Virus record (IMG/VR): IMGVR_UViG_2623620502_000008
Reading direction: 5' to 3' (one strand)
From: a virus
Taxonomy: Duplodnaviria; Heunggongvirae; Uroviricota; Caudoviricetes
Length of the DNA stretch: 39,935 nucleotides
The notes under the pieces were generated by a model. The model had not been told where the DNA came from. It worked only from the letters and a program-made list of their open reading frames with translations, and made no database searches. Of this stretch, positions 27,333 to 38,024 are shown in pieces (the stretch's first letter is position 1; every line of letters begins with the position of its first letter). Both the position numbers and the translations under genes were made by a program.

Positions 27333-28227
27333 CCTTTCGCAGTTGCCTGCGCCGCAGATTGTGGATGTGCCGGACTTTGAGACGCTGCTTGCCGAACGCA
27401 AGGCCGAATTTGTTGCGCTTCATCCGAAAGATGAGCAGGAAGCAGTGATCCGCACGCTGGAACTGGAATCTGAACCCGTCACCAAATTGCTTCAGGAGAA
27501 CGCTTACCGTGAGTTGCTTCTGCGCCAGCGCATTAACGAAGCCGCGCATGCTGTGATGGTGGCTTACGCGATGGGCGGCGATCTTGACCAGCTCGCTGCC
27601 AACTACAACGTGAAACGCCTGACGGTGACGCCTGCTGATAATGACGCTGTGCCACCCGTTGCGGCTGTGATGGAAAGCGATGAAGCGTTACGCCTGCGTG
27701 TGCCTGCAGCCTTTGAAGGGCTTTCTGTTGCGGGGCCAACTGCAGCTTATGAATTTCATGCCCGAAGCGCCGACGGTCGGGTGGCGGATGCCAGTGCAAC
27801 CAGCCCGGCACCTGCAGAGGTGGTGCTGACTGTCCTTAGCCGCGAAGGCGATGGAACAGCAGAAAAAGACCTGCTGGATGTGGTGGAGAACGCCCTGAAC
27901 AGTGAGAACGTCCGCCCGGTGGCTGACCGTCTGACGGTTCGCAGCGCAGAAATCATACCGTACCGCGTGGAAGCCACCATTTTTCTCTATCCGGGGCCGG
28001 AAGCAGAGCCGGTAATGGCAGCGGCAAAAGCCAGCCTGCAGAAGTACATCGCCAGTCAGACGCGGCTTGGTCGGGATATTCGCCGTAGCGCCATCTTTGC
28101 CGCCCTGCATGTTGAGGGTGTGCAGCGTGTGGAGCTGGCTTCGCCGCTGGCGGATGTGGTTTTGAACAAAACGCAGGCGGCATCATGTACGCAGTGGAGC
28201 GTAACCAACGGGGGAACGGATGAATAG
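27319..28227 (+). CDS. J: baseplate assembly protein J
   Basis: 302-aa ORF. Confidence 0.8.
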   Translation: MAVIDLSQLPAPQIVDVPDFETLLAERKAEFVALHPKDEQEAVIRTLELESEPVTKLLQENAYRELLLRQRINEAAHAVMVAYAMGGDLDQLAANYNVKRLTVTPADNDAVPPVAAVMESDEALRLRVPAAFEGLSVAGPTAAYEFHARSADGRVADASATSPAPAEVVLTVLSREGDGTAEKDLLDVVENALNSENVRPVADRLTVRSAEIIPYRVEATIFLYPGPEAEPVMAAAKASLQKYIASQTRLGRDIRRSAIFAALHVEGVQRVELASPLADVVLNKTQAASCTQWSVTNGGTDE

Positions 28228-28825
28228 TCTGCTGCCATCGGGGTCAACTTCACTGGAGCGCCGACTGGCGCAGACCTGTAGCGGGATTTCTGATCTGCAG
28301 GTGCCGCTGCGTGACTTGTGGAATCCGGCTACCTGCCCGGTCAGCTTCCTGCCTTATCTCGCCTGGGCGTTCTCTGTGGATCGCTGGGACGAAGGCTGGA
28401 CAGAAAGCGTCAAGCGCCAGGTGGTGAAGGATGCTTTTTATATTCATCAGCATAAAGGGACCACCAGTGCCGTGCGGCGGGTGGTGGAGCCGTTCGGCTT
28501 TCTGATCCGCATTATTGAGTGGTGGCAGACCGGAGAGGCACCGGGCACGTTTCGTCTGGATATCGGCGTGCAGGACCAGGGCATCACTGAAGATACCTAT
28601 CTGGAACTTGAGCGGCTGATAAGCGATGCCAAACCATGTAGCCGTCACATGATCGGCATGTCCATCAATCTGCAGACCAGCGGTCCGCATTGGGTGGGGG
28701 CCGCCAGCTATCTTGGCGAAGAAATCACGATCTATCCGTATATCAACGAAACAATTATTTCCGGCGGCACCGCGCATGAAGGTGGGGCGGTCCATGTTAT
28801 TGACACAATGAGAGTGAATCCATGA
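28220..28825 (+). CDS. I: tail protein I
   Basis: 201-aa ORF. Confidence 0.75.
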   Translation: MNSLLPSGSTSLERRLAQTCSGISDLQVPLRDLWNPATCPVSFLPYLAWAFSVDRWDEGWTESVKRQVVKDAFYIHQHKGTTSAVRRVVEPFGFLIRIIEWWQTGEAPGTFRLDIGVQDQGITEDTYLELERLISDAKPCSRHMIGMSINLQTSGPHWVGAASYLGEEITIYPYINETIISGGTAHEGGAVHVIDTMRVNP

Positions 28826-30552
28826 GCACAAAATTTTATACCCTGCTGACGGATATTGGCGCGGCGAAACTTGCCAGCGCCGCCGCGCTCGGTGTGCCTT
28901 TAAAAATTACCCATATGGCGGTCGGCGATGGCGGCGGAACATTGCCAACGCCGGACGCAAAGCAGACAGCATTGGTAAATGAGAAACGCCGGGCTGCGCT
29001 GAATATGCTCTATATCGACCCGCAGAACAGCAGCCAGATTATTGCCGAACAGGTGATCCCAGAAAACGAGGGCGGTTGGTGGATACGTGAAGTGGGCCTG
29101 TTTGATGAGTCCGGGGCATTGATTGCCGTGGGCAACTGCCCGGAAAGCTATAAGCCACAACTGGCTGAAGGCAGCGGGCGCACCCAGACCGTGCGCATGG
29201 TGCTGATTACCAGCAGTACGGACAATATCACCCTGAAAATCGACCCTGCTGTCGTGCTGGCAACCCGTCATTATGTAGATCAACAAATAGAAATTCATGA
29301 GCAATCGCGCCGCCATCCTTCTGCGTCTTTGACAGAAAAGGGATTTGTACGTCTGTATAGCGGTGTGGAAAGCAATGATGAAACAGTCGCTGCAACGCCA
29401 AAAGCAGTGAAAATAGCGATGGATAATGCCAGCGCCAGACTGGCAAAAGACCGCAATGGTTCTGATATTCCCAATCCGGCACTGTTTGTTCAGAATCTGG
29501 GATTGAAAACGACTGTTGATAAAGCTGCATCAGCGATTCAGCCAGGAGATTATGGAATTGGCCTGGCTTATCTGAAAACCATGGGAACCAAATCGCAATT
29601 TTTTGCTTATGGTACAGCTGTCGGATATCCAGAAGTGCCAACACATGGTGCTGGTTTCCAGGCCTGTTACAACGACAATCGACGTGCACAGATTTATGTC
29701 GCTAATGATGGCAAGATGTACTGTCGATTCAGCATGTTATCGAAAATTGCCGATGATGAAACACCGTGGAATCAGGTGTTCACCAGTGCACATTATCCAG
29801 AAGCATCAGTGAGTGTTAAAGGAATGGTGCAACTGGGGAACGATGTAAACAGCGTGTCAGAAAATGTTGCGGCGACATTGAAAGCGGTAAAAATTGCGAT
29901 GGACAACGCCAGCGCGAGACTGGCAAAGGACCGCAATGGTGCTGATATTCCTGACCCGACTTTGTTTATTCAGAATCTGGGACTTAAACCGACGGTTGAT
30001 AAGGCTGAAAGTGCTCTGCAACAGGGAGCATACGGAATCGGTAGCAATAATAACTACGAAATGGGTGAGGTTTCACAGTTTCTTGCATATTCAGGTAATG
30101 CAGATGAAGTGCCATCGAATGGTGCAGGTTTTCAGGCTGCGTATAACAAGAACAGACGCGCGCAGATTTTCATCACCGGAGCAGGGGAAATGTATCACCG
30201 TTTCAGCGGCTCTGATACGGTTAAAGACAATACAACACTATGGCGTCGGGGTGTTTGTGAAGATGAATTTTCATTTGGCAGCAATTATCACCGAATAACT
30301 GGCGGTGTGCTGAAGCAGTTTTTTAACAGTTATTTTTCCGGGGCAACTGGTGTGGTGAATAAAGAGTATCAGGTGAATTTTCCGACACCATTTGCCCGTC
30401 AGTGCTGGTACGTGATCCCCGTTTTCCGTTCGTCACACGGTGGGAGTGTTGAGGGGGTCGCCATTACAGCTATTACTGCAACTGGCTTTACTCTGAGCAT
30501 CACCGGAGATAACGGTGGATGGAATATTGGGTTTATTGCGGAGGGGGTCTGA
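28822..30552 (+). CDS. H: tail fiber protein H (contains an internal roughly 350-bp duplication)
   Basis: 576-aa ORF; N-terminal MSTKFYTLLTDIGAAKLA typical of P2-like tail fibers; duplicated block noted separately. Confidence 0.8.
   Translation: MSTKFYTLLTDIGAAKLASAAALGVPLKITHMAVGDGGGTLPTPDAKQTALVNEKRRAALNMLYIDPQNSSQIIAEQVIPENEGGWWIREVGLFDESGALIAVGNCPESYKPQLAEGSGRTQTVRMVLITSSTDNITLKIDPAVVLATRHYVDQQIEIHEQSRRHPSASLTEKGFVRLYSGVESNDETVAATPKAVKIAMDNASARLAKDRNGSDIPNPALFVQNLGLKTTVDKAASAIQPGDYGIGLAYLKTMGTKSQFFAYGTAVGYPEVPTHGAGFQACYNDNRRAQIYVANDGKMYCRFSMLSKIADDETPWNQVFTSAHYPEASVSVKGMVQLGNDVNSVSENVAATLKAVKIAMDNASARLAKDRNGADIPDPTLFIQNLGLKPTVDKAESALQQGAYGIGSNNNYEMGEVSQFLAYSGNADEVPSNGAGFQAAYNKNRRAQIFITGAGEMYHRFSGSDTVKDNTTLWRRGVCEDEFSFGSNYHRITGGVLKQFFNSYFSGATGVVNKEYQVNFPTPFARQCWYVIPVFRSSHGGSVEGVAITAITATGFTLSITGDNGGWNIGFIAEGV
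29385..30210. repeat. internal direct duplication within tail fiber gene H (two roughly 350-bp copies, about 29385..29735 and 29865..30210)
   Basis: Nucleotide and protein blocks recur, e.g. AATPKAVKIAMDNASARLAKDRNGSDIPNPALFVQNLGLKTTVDKA vs AATLKAVKIAMDNASARLAKDRNGADIPDPTLFIQNLGLKPTVDKA, each followed by ...NGAGFQA.YN.NRRAQI... Confidence 0.7.
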
Positions 30553-30986
30553 TGAGTTATTTTTACAGTCCATCAAGAAATGCATTTTATAACAGTGAAC
30601 TGAAATCTGATTATTACGATGCTCTCGATGCGTGGCCGGATGACTGTATTGAGGTAAGTGATGCAGTCTATCAGGAGTTTTATCTTGGTTATCGGGAAGG
30701 GTACAAAATGGTTGCAGGCACTGATAACCAGCCATCATGGGAAGAACGTCCACCATTGACCCATGAGGAACAGGTGGAACAGGCAGAAATGATGAAACAG
30801 ATGCGCATTAATGAGGCTAACAACCTGATTAATGAAAAACAATGGCCATCAAAATTACAGCTTGGCAGGCTGAACGAAATGGAGACAACCAGATTTAATG
30901 CGATGCTGGATTATCTTGAGTTACTTGAAAATATTAATGTAAGTGATGCCCCGGATATAGTCTGGCCTTTATCACCAGAAGTCTGA
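30552..30986 (+). CDS. G: tail fiber assembly protein (gpG-like chaperone)
   Basis: ATG at 30552 overlapping H stop; about 144 aa. Confidence 0.6.
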   Translation: MSYFYSPSRNAFYNSELKSDYYDALDAWPDDCIEVSDAVYQEFYLGYREGYKMVAGTDNQPSWEERPPLTHEEQVEQAEMMKQMRINEANNLINEKQWPSKLQLGRLNEMETTRFNAMLDYLELLENINVSDAPDIVWPLSPEV

Positions 30987-31118
30987 ATACATCCCCGCGT
31001 CTGCGGGGATTCCTGTATCCGCCGTTGTGCCATTTTTCATACAAACCACATAACGTGCATCCTGCTCGTATCAACCAGAACATAGGCAGACCCCCTCTAC
31101 TACCGGAGAGACTGCCTT

Positions 31119-32291
31119 ATGGCTCAGGATTACCACCACGGGGTGCGCGTTGTTGAAGTCAACGAAGGCACCCGATCCATTACCACGGTGAGCACCGCCA
31201 TCGTGGGTATGGTCTGCACGGGCGATGATGCCGATGCAAAAATGTTTCCTCTTAATAAACCCGTGCTGATCACTGATGTGCTGACTGCCAGCGGTAAAGC
31301 GGGTGAGTCCGGCACGCTGGCCCGTTCGCTGGATGCCATCGCTGACCAGGCAAAACCCGTGACCGTTGTTGTGCGTGTGCCGCAGGGGGAAACGGAAGAA
31401 GAAACCACGACCAATATCATCGGCGCAGTGACTGCTGAAGGTAAAAAAACAGGCATGAAAGCCCTGTTATCTGCCCAGACACAGCTCGGCGTTAAACCGC
31501 GCATTCTCGGCGTACCTGGTCACGATAACAAAGCCGTTGCGACTGAGTTGCTGAGCGTGGCGCAAAGCCTGCGTGGGTTTGCCTACCTGTCAGCGTATGG
31601 TTGCAAGACGGTGCAGGAAGCAATCACTTACCGTGAAAACTTCAGCCAGCGCGAAGGGATGCTGATCTGGCCTGACTTTACTGGCTGGGACACGGTGCTG
31701 AATGCCGAAGCAACGGCTTATGCCACCGCCCGTGCGCTTGGTCTGCGCGCCAAAATTGACGAGCAGACCGGATGGCACAAAAGCCTGTCTAACGTGGGCG
31801 TGAACGGTGTCACCGGAATTTCTGCAGATGTGTTCTGGGATCTGCAGGATCCGGCAACCGATGCAGGTCTGCTGAACCAGAACGACGTCACCACGCTTGT
31901 GCGCAAGGACGGTTTCCGCTTCTGGGGTTCCCGCTGTCTGAGCGATGATCCGCTCTTTGCCTTCGAAAACTACACCCGCACGGCGCAGGTGCTGACGGAC
32001 ACAATGGCAGAAGCGCACATGTGGGCGGTGGACAAACCGCTGAATCCGTCGCTGGCCCGCGACATTATCGAAGGTATCCGCGCCAAAATGCGCAGCCTGG
32101 TCAGTCAGGGGTATCTCATTGGTGGTGATTGCTGGCTGGATGAGTCGGTGAACGACAAAGACACGCTGAAAGCCGGAAAACTCACCATCGACTATGACTA
32201 CACGCCAGTGCCGCCACTTGAAAATCTGATGCTGCGCCAGCGCATCACCGATCAGTACCTGGTGAATTTTGCCAGCCAGGTTAGCGCGTAA
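31119..32291 (+). CDS. FI: tail sheath protein FI
   Basis: 390-aa ORF starting [13 protein letters not shown]... Confidence 0.85.
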   Translation: MAQDYHHGVRVVEVNEGTRSITTVSTAIVGMVCTGDDADAKMFPLNKPVLITDVLTASGKAGESGTLARSLDAIADQAKPVTVVVRVPQGETEEETTTNIIGAVTAEGKKTGMKALLSAQTQLGVKPRILGVPGHDNKAVATELLSVAQSLRGFAYLSAYGCKTVQEAITYRENFSQREGMLIWPDFTGWDTVLNAEATAYATARALGLRAKIDEQTGWHKSLSNVGVNGVTGISADVFWDLQDPATDAGLLNQNDVTTLVRKDGFRFWGSRCLSDDPLFAFENYTRTAQVLTDTMAEAHMWAVDKPLNPSLARDIIEGIRAKMRSLVSQGYLIGGDCWLDESVNDKDTLKAGKLTIDYDYTPVPPLENLMLRQRITDQYLVNFASQVSA

Positions 32292-32300
32292 GGGGACAAC

Positions 32301-32816
32301 ATGGCTTTACCACGCAAATTAAAACACCTGAACCTGTTTAACGACGGGAACAACTGGCAGGGGATCGTTGAGTCGCTGACGCTGCCGAAATTCACCCGCA
32401 AATATGAGAAGTATCGCGGCGGCGGAATGCCGGGTGCAGTGGATGTGGATCTGGGGCTTGATGACAGTGCGCTGGACACAGAATTTTCCATTGGTGGTAC
32501 TGAACTGCTGCTGTTTAAACAGATGGGCAAAGCCACGGTGGATGGCATCCAGTTGCGCTTTACCGGCTCTATCCAGCGTGATGATACCGGGGAAGTACAG
32601 TCCGTGGAGCTTGTGGTGCGTGGACGTCACAAAGAAGTGGACTCCGGCGAGTGGAAGACGGGCGAAAGCAACACCACCAAAGTGACCAGTACCAACAGCT
32701 ACGCGAAGCTGACTATCAATGGTGAGGTGCTCTATGAAGTGGACCTTATAAACATGGTGGAAATTGTGGACGGTGTGGACCTGATGGAAGCGCACCGCAA
32801 CGCCCTTGGCCTCTGA
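32301..32816 (+). CDS. FII: tail tube protein FII
   Basis: 171-aa ORF starting MALPRKLKHLNLFNDG... Confidence 0.85.
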   Translation: MALPRKLKHLNLFNDGNNWQGIVESLTLPKFTRKYEKYRGGGMPGAVDVDLGLDDSALDTEFSIGGTELLLFKQMGKATVDGIQLRFTGSIQRDDTGEVQSVELVVRGRHKEVDSGEWKTGESNTTKVTSTNSYAKLTINGEVLYEVDLINMVEIVDGVDLMEAHRNALGL

Positions 32817-32870
32817 TGTATCTGAACGGCGCGGGATACCGCGCCAGAACCCAATTTACAGGACAGCAAA

Positions 32871-33173
32871 ATGAGCGATAAGCAGACTGAAAAGACCATT
32901 CAACTGGACACCCCCATCATGCGCGGTAAAACAGAAATTACCGAAATTGTGCTGCGTAAACCGCAGTCCGGTGCGCTGCGCGGTACACGCCTGCAGGCCA
33001 TTATGGATATGGATGTGAACGCGATGATGACCGTGATCCCCCGCATTTCCAGTCCGGCACTGACTGCACAGGAAATTGCAGAGATGGACCCGGCAGACCT
33101 CACTGCCATGTCGGTTGAGGTTGTCACTTTTTTGTTGAAGAAGTCGGTGCTTGCCGGTTTACCGACAGCCTGA
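32871..33173 (+). CDS. E: tail assembly chaperone E
   Basis: 100-aa ORF upstream of tape measure gene. Confidence 0.75.
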   Translation: MSDKQTEKTIQLDTPIMRGKTEITEIVLRKPQSGALRGTRLQAIMDMDVNAMMTVIPRISSPALTAQEIAEMDPADLTAMSVEVVTFLLKKSVLAGLPTA

Positions 33174-33307
33174 CGGTTGACGATCTGGTGGCAGATATCG
33201 CCACCATTTTTCACTGGCCGCCATCCGTTACTGACGTTATGCCGCTGACCGAAGTGCTGGAATGGCGGTATAAAGCGATTCAGAGAAGCGGGGCCAACGA
33301 TGAGTGA
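32871..33307 (+). CDS. E+E' extended chaperone produced by -1 programmed ribosomal frameshift (inferred)
   Basis: Slippery heptamer TTTTTTG at 33128..33134 inside E; the -1 frame stays open to a TGA at 33305..33307, overlapping the T start. Confidence 0.45.
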
Positions 33308-36300
33308 TAACAACCTGCGCCTGCAGGTCATTCTTAATGCGGTTGACAAACTCACCCGCCCATTCCGTGCTGCACAGGCCAGTTCGAAAGAGCTGGCTGG
33401 CGCAATCAGAAACTCCCGTGACGCATTAAAGCAACTCAATCAGGCGGGTAACAGCCTGGAAAAATTTCGCAAGCTGCAGGCCGATAACAAGAAGTTAGGC
33501 GACAGGCTGAACTATGCCAGACAGAAGGCTAATTTGCTTAGCTCTGAGCTGGAGGCGATGGAACAACCATCACAACGGCACCTTGTGGCTTTAGGTCGGC
33601 AAACGCTGGCAGTCCAACGCCTGGAAGAACAACAAAAATATTTGCAGAAGCAAACGGCGCTTGTGCGTGCAGAACTGTACCGGGCGGGAATTTCTGCGAA
33701 AGATGATGCGGGAGCAACTGCCCGTTTAGCCCGTGAAACATCACGTTATAACCAGGAATTGTCGAAACAGGAGGCGCGCCTGAAGCGACTGGGGGAAGCT
33801 CAGCGCAGGATGAATGCGGCGCGTGCCAGTTATGCCCGTTCGCTGGAGGTGCGCGATCGTATTGCAGGAGCCGGAGCCACCACCACGGCTGCAGGGCTGG
33901 CAATGGGTGCGCCAGTGATGGCGGCAGTAAAAAGCTATACCAGCATGGAAGATGCCATGAAAGGTGTGGCAAAGCAGGTCAATGGTCTGCGTGACGATAA
34001 TGGCAACCGCACTGCACGTTTTTATGAAATGCAGGATGCCATCAAGGCTGCCAGCGAACAGTTGCCGATGGAAAACGGTGCGGTGGACTTCGCTGCACTG
34101 GTTGAAGGTGGGGCGCGCATGAACGTCGCAAACCCTGACGACAGCTGGGAAGACCAGAAACGTGACCTGCTGGCCTTCGCCAGCACGGCAGCAAAGGCGG
34201 CAACAGCCTTTGAGTTGCCAGCGGATGAACTGTCAGAAAGTCTGGGGAAAATCGCCCAGCTCTACAAAATCCCTACCCGCAATATTGAACAGCTCGGCGA
34301 TGCGCTGAACTATCTGGATGATAACGCCATGTCGAAAGGGGCAGACATCATTGATGTGATGCAACGTCTGGGCGGTGTGGCTGACCGTCTGGATTATCGT
34401 AAAGCGGCGGCGCTGGGTTCCACCTTCCTGACACTGGGCGCTGCGCCGGAGGTTGCAGCCAGTGCAGCAAACGCGATGGTGCGTGAATTGTCCATTGCCA
34501 CCATGCAAAGCAAGAGTTTCTTTGAAGGAATGAATCTGCTGAAACTCAATCCTGAAGTGATTGAAAAGCAGATGACGAAGGATGCGATGGGAACCATCCA
34601 GCGCGTGCTGGAGAAGGTGAACGCACTGCCGCAGGATAAGCGCCTGTCTGCCATGACCATGTTGTTTGGTAAAGAGTTTGGCGATGATGCGGCGAAACTG
34701 GCAAACAACCTGCCGGAACTGCAGCGCCAGCTAAAACTGACAGCGGGCAATGATGCGCTCAGTTCGATGCAGAAAGAATCCGACATTAACAAGGACTCAC
34801 TTTCTGCGCAGTGGTTGCTGGTTAAAACCGGAGCGCAGAACACCTTCAGCAGCCTGGGCGAAACGCTGCGCCAGCCGCTGATGGATATTCTGTACACGGT
34901 GAAAAGCATCACGGGGGCGTTGCGCCGCTGGGTGGAAGCTAACCCGGAACTGACAGGCACACTGATGAAAGTAGCGGCTGTTGTGGCTGCGGTTACCGTA
35001 GGCCTCGGCACCTTAGCGGTGGCGCTGGCTGCAGTGCTGGGGCCGCTGGCAGTGATCCGTCTGGGATTCTCTGTGCTGGGTATCAAAATGTTACCTTCCG
35101 TTACGGCAGCAGTAACACGAACCAGCAGCGCGTTGTCCTGGCTGGCTGGCGCACCACTGGCACTGCTGCGACGCGGGCTTGCTTCATCGGGCAACGCCGC
35201 AGGTTTACTTACTGCGCCGTTGTCGTCTTTGCGCCGCACGGCATCACTGACGGGAAATGTCCTGAAAACTGTAGCAGGTGCGCCGGTTGCACTTTTGCGG
35301 TCTGGATTATCCGGTTTACGTGCTGTTGCTGTGATGTTTATGAATCCTCTGGCGGTACTGCGCGGTGGACTGGTCGCCGCAGGCACGGTGCTGCGAGTAC
35401 TGGCATCTGGTCCACTGGCGATGCTGCGCGTTGCCCTGTATGCCGTATCTGGTCTGTTAGGTGCTCTGCTCAGTCCGATAGGTCTTGTGGTTACTGCACT
35501 GGCGGGCGTGGCGCTGGTTGTCTGGAAATACTGGCAACCCATCACCGCATTTCTTGGTGGCGTGGTGGAAGGATTCAAAGCGGCGGCAGGTCCCGTCAGT
35601 GCAGCATTCGAACCGCTTAAGCCCGTGTTCCAGTGGATTGGCGACAAAGTGCAGGCGTTGTGGGGCTGGTTTACTGATCTGCTGACGCCCGTTAAGTCGA
35701 CCTCTGCCGAACTGCAGAGCGCAGCGGCAATGGGGCGACGATTCGGGGAGGCACTGGCGGAAGGGCTGAATATGGTCATGCATCCGCTGGACTCCCTGAA
35801 ATCCGGCGTTTCCTGGTTGCTGGAGAAACTCGGCATTGTCAGTAAAGAGGCTGCAAAGGCGAAACTGCCGGAAAGCGTGACGCGTCAGCAACCTGCGACG
35901 GTGAATGCAGACGGTAAAGTGATGATGCCATCGGGTGGTTTTCCGTCATGGGGATATGGCTTTGCGGGGATGTATGACAGCGGCGGCTATATCCCGCGCG
36001 GGCAGTTCGGCATTGTCGGTGAAAACGGGCCGGAAATTGTCAACGGTCCGGCAAACGTGACCAGCCGGAGAAATACCGCTGCACTGGCTGCGGTTGTCGC
36101 CGGAATGATGGGAGTTGCTGCTGCGCCAGCAGAGCTTCCCCCGTTGCATCCTTTGGCGCTTCCCGCGAAAGGCGGTGAAGCGATGGTGAGTCGCGCAGCT
36201 GCTGTGCCGCCCGTTCACCGGATTGAGGCACCGACGCAGATCATCATCCAGACGCAGCCAGGACAAAGTGCGCAGGATATTGCGCGGGAGGTGGCACGCC

Positions 36301-36377
36301 AGCTTGATGAACGTGAACGCAGGCTGAAGGCAAAAGCCAGGAGTAACTACAGCGATCAGGGGGGATACGACGCATGA
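33300..36377 (+). CDS. T: tail tape measure protein T
   Basis: 1025-aa ORF, helical N-terminal part and Gly/Ala/Leu-rich repeats, between E and U. Confidence 0.85.
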   Translation: MSDNNLRLQVILNAVDKLTRPFRAAQASSKELAGAIRNSRDALKQLNQAGNSLEKFRKLQADNKKLGDRLNYARQKANLLSSELEAMEQPSQRHLVALGRQTLAVQRLEEQQKYLQKQTALVRAELYRAGISAKDDAGATARLARETSRYNQELSKQEARLKRLGEAQRRMNAARASYARSLEVRDRIAGAGATTTAAGLAMGAPVMAAVKSYTSMEDAMKGVAKQVNGLRDDNGNRTARFYEMQDAIKAASEQLPMENGAVDFAALVEGGARMNVANPDDSWEDQKRDLLAFASTAAKAATAFELPADELSESLGKIAQLYKIPTRNIEQLGDALNYLDDNAMSKGADIIDVMQRLGGVADRLDYRKAAALGSTFLTLGAAPEVAASAANAMVRELSIATMQSKSFFEGMNLLKLNPEVIEKQMTKDAMGTIQRVLEKVNALPQDKRLSAMTMLFGKEFGDDAAKLANNLPELQRQLKLTAGNDALSSMQKESDINKDSLSAQWLLVKTGAQNTFSSLGETLRQPLMDILYTVKSITGALRRWVEANPELTGTLMKVAAVVAAVTVGLGTLAVALAAVLGPLAVIRLGFSVLGIKMLPSVTAAVTRTSSALSWLAGAPLALLRRGLASSGNAAGLLTAPLSSLRRTASLTGNVLKTVAGAPVALLRSGLSGLRAVAVMFMNPLAVLRGGLVAAGTVLRVLASGPLAMLRVALYAVSGLLGALLSPIGLVVTALAGVALVVWKYWQPITAFLGGVVEGFKAAAGPVSAAFEPLKPVFQWIGDKVQALWGWFTDLLTPVKSTSAELQSAAAMGRRFGEALAEGLNMVMHPLDSLKSGVSWLLEKLGIVSKEAAKAKLPESVTRQQPATVNADGKVMMPSGGFPSWGYGFAGMYDSGGYIPRGQFGIVGENGPEIVNGPANVTSRRNTAALAAVVAGMMGVAAAPAELPPLHPLALPAKGGEAMVSRAAAVPPVHRIEAPTQIIIQTQPGQSAQDIAREVARQLDERERRLKAKARSNYSDQGGYDA

Positions 36378-36859
36378 TGATGGTGCTGGGATTGTACGTG
36401 TTTATGCTGCGCACCGTTCCGTATCAGGAACTGCAGTATCAACGCAGCTGGCGACATGCGGCAAACAGCCGGGTAAACCGTCGTCCGTCCACGCAGTTTC
36501 TGGGACCGGACAACGACATGCTGACGCTTTCCGGTGTTCTTATGCCGGAGATAACGGGCGGCAGGCTGTCGTTGCTGGCTCTGGAGCAGATGGCAGAACA
36601 GGGAAAAGCATGGCCCCTGATTGAAGGCAGCGGCACGATTTACGGCATGTATGTGATTGAGGGACTGAATCAGACTAAAACGGAGTTCTTCCGCGACGGT
36701 ATGCCGCGCAGGATTGAGTTCACCCTGTCGCTAAAACGCGTGGATGAATCCCTGTCCGATATGTTCGGTGATCTCAGTGCGCAACTGAATAATCTGCAGG
36801 GAACGGCAACATCTGCCTTAAGCGATATCAGTAAAACGGTGGGAGGGCTGCTGTCGTGA
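36374..36859 (+). CDS. U: tail protein U
   Basis: 161-aa ORF. Confidence 0.8.
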   Translation: MMMVLGLYVFMLRTVPYQELQYQRSWRHAANSRVNRRPSTQFLGPDNDMLTLSGVLMPEITGGRLSLLALEQMAEQGKAWPLIEGSGTIYGMYVIEGLNQTKTEFFRDGMPRRIEFTLSLKRVDESLSDMFGDLSAQLNNLQGTATSALSDISKTVGGLLS

Positions 36860-37956
36860 ATTTCAGCTCTGAACTGCTTAACAAAGGCAACAAAACTCCG
36901 GCATTCAGCATCAGTATTGAAGGCAGGGATATCACCACTGTGCTGGACAACCGCCTGATGGGGCTGACGCTGACGGATAACCGGGGCTTTGAAGCGGACC
37001 AGCTTGATCTGGAGCTGGACGACGCCGATGGAAAAATCGTGCTGCCGCGCCGTGGTGCGGTCATTACGCTGGCGCTGGGCTGGAAGGGGCAGCCGCTTTT
37101 CCCGAAAGGGGCATTCACGGTGGACGAGATTGAACACACTGGCGCACCGGACCGCCTGACTATCCGGGCGCGAAGTGCTGATTTTCGTGAAACGCTGAAT
37201 ACCCGTCGTGAAAAGTCGTGGCACAAGACCACCGTTGGGGAAGTGGTGAAGGAAATAGCTGCGCGGCACAAACTGAAGATGGCATTGGGTAAAGACCTGT
37301 CAGATAAACCCGTGGAACATATAGACCAGACCAATGAGAGTGACGGCAGTTTTCTGATGCGGCTGGCGCGACAGTACGGTGCCATCGCGTCGGTGAAAAA
37401 TGGCAATCTGTTATTCATCCGGCAGGGACAGGGCAAAAGCGCCAGCGGTAAACCTCTGCCGGTGATCACTATCACACGCAAGGACGGCGACAGTCACCGC
37501 TTTACCCTGGCAGATCGCGGAGCCTATACGGGCGTAATTGCCAGTTGGTTGCATACCCGCGAACCCGCGAAGAAAGAAAGCACCACGGTGAAGCGTAAGC
37601 GCAGGACCGCAAAGCAGAAGAAAGAGCCGGAAGCGAAGCAGGGCGATTACCTGGTGGGTACGGATGAAAACGTGCTGGTACTTAATCGCACTTATGCCAA
37701 CCGGAGCAACGCTGAACGGGCAGCGAAAATGCAGTGGGAACGCCTGCAACGCGGCGTTGCGTCATTCTCGCTACAACTGGCGGAAGGTCGGGCAGATCTC
37801 TACACGGAAATGCCAGTGAAAGTCAGTGGCTTTAAACAGCCGATAGATGATGCGGAATGGACCATTACGACTCTGACACATACCATCAGCCCGGATAACG
37901 GTTTTACAACCAGTATTGAACTCGAAGTGAAGATTGATGATCTTGAAATGGAATAA
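36856..37956 (+). CDS. D: tail protein D (late control gene D)
   Basis: 366-aa ORF. Confidence 0.8.
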   Translation: MNFSSELLNKGNKTPAFSISIEGRDITTVLDNRLMGLTLTDNRGFEADQLDLELDDADGKIVLPRRGAVITLALGWKGQPLFPKGAFTVDEIEHTGAPDRLTIRARSADFRETLNTRREKSWHKTTVGEVVKEIAARHKLKMALGKDLSDKPVEHIDQTNESDGSFLMRLARQYGAIASVKNGNLLFIRQGQGKSASGKPLPVITITRKDGDSHRFTLADRGAYTGVIASWLHTREPAKKESTTVKRKRRTAKQKKEPEAKQGDYLVGTDENVLVLNRTYANRSNAERAAKMQWERLQRGVASFSLQLAEGRADLYTEMPVKVSGFKQPIDDAEWTITTLTHTISPDNGFTTSIELEVKIDDLEME

Positions 37957-38024
37957 AGTGTTCTCAATATTGATATTTTGTGTATCATTACAATGATTCT
38001 GATAGCAAAGGTAGGGATCTGGAT

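Noticed and set aside
30987-31118. Looked for a Z/fun-type cargo insertion between tail fiber assembly G and sheath FI
   Set aside because: The gap is only ~130 bp and contains no ORF; only a short hairpin (ccccgcg-tct-gcgggg at ~30994..31010). No cargo at this position.
32827-32846. GC-rich hairpin (ggcgcgg-gata-ccgcgcc) after tail tube gene FII
   Set aside because: No T-tract follows the stem, so it is not a convincing intrinsic terminator; it may be a processing or attenuation element, but evidence is insufficient.
34394-35836. 480-aa minus-strand ORF (plus others at 33538..33972, 35457..35891 and 35946..36266) inside the tape measure gene
   Set aside because: Antisense to a well-supported long phage gene; the Ala/Ser/Pro/Arg-rich low-complexity translation is typical of spurious ORFs on the opposite strand of GC-rich coding DNA; no RBS or operon context.
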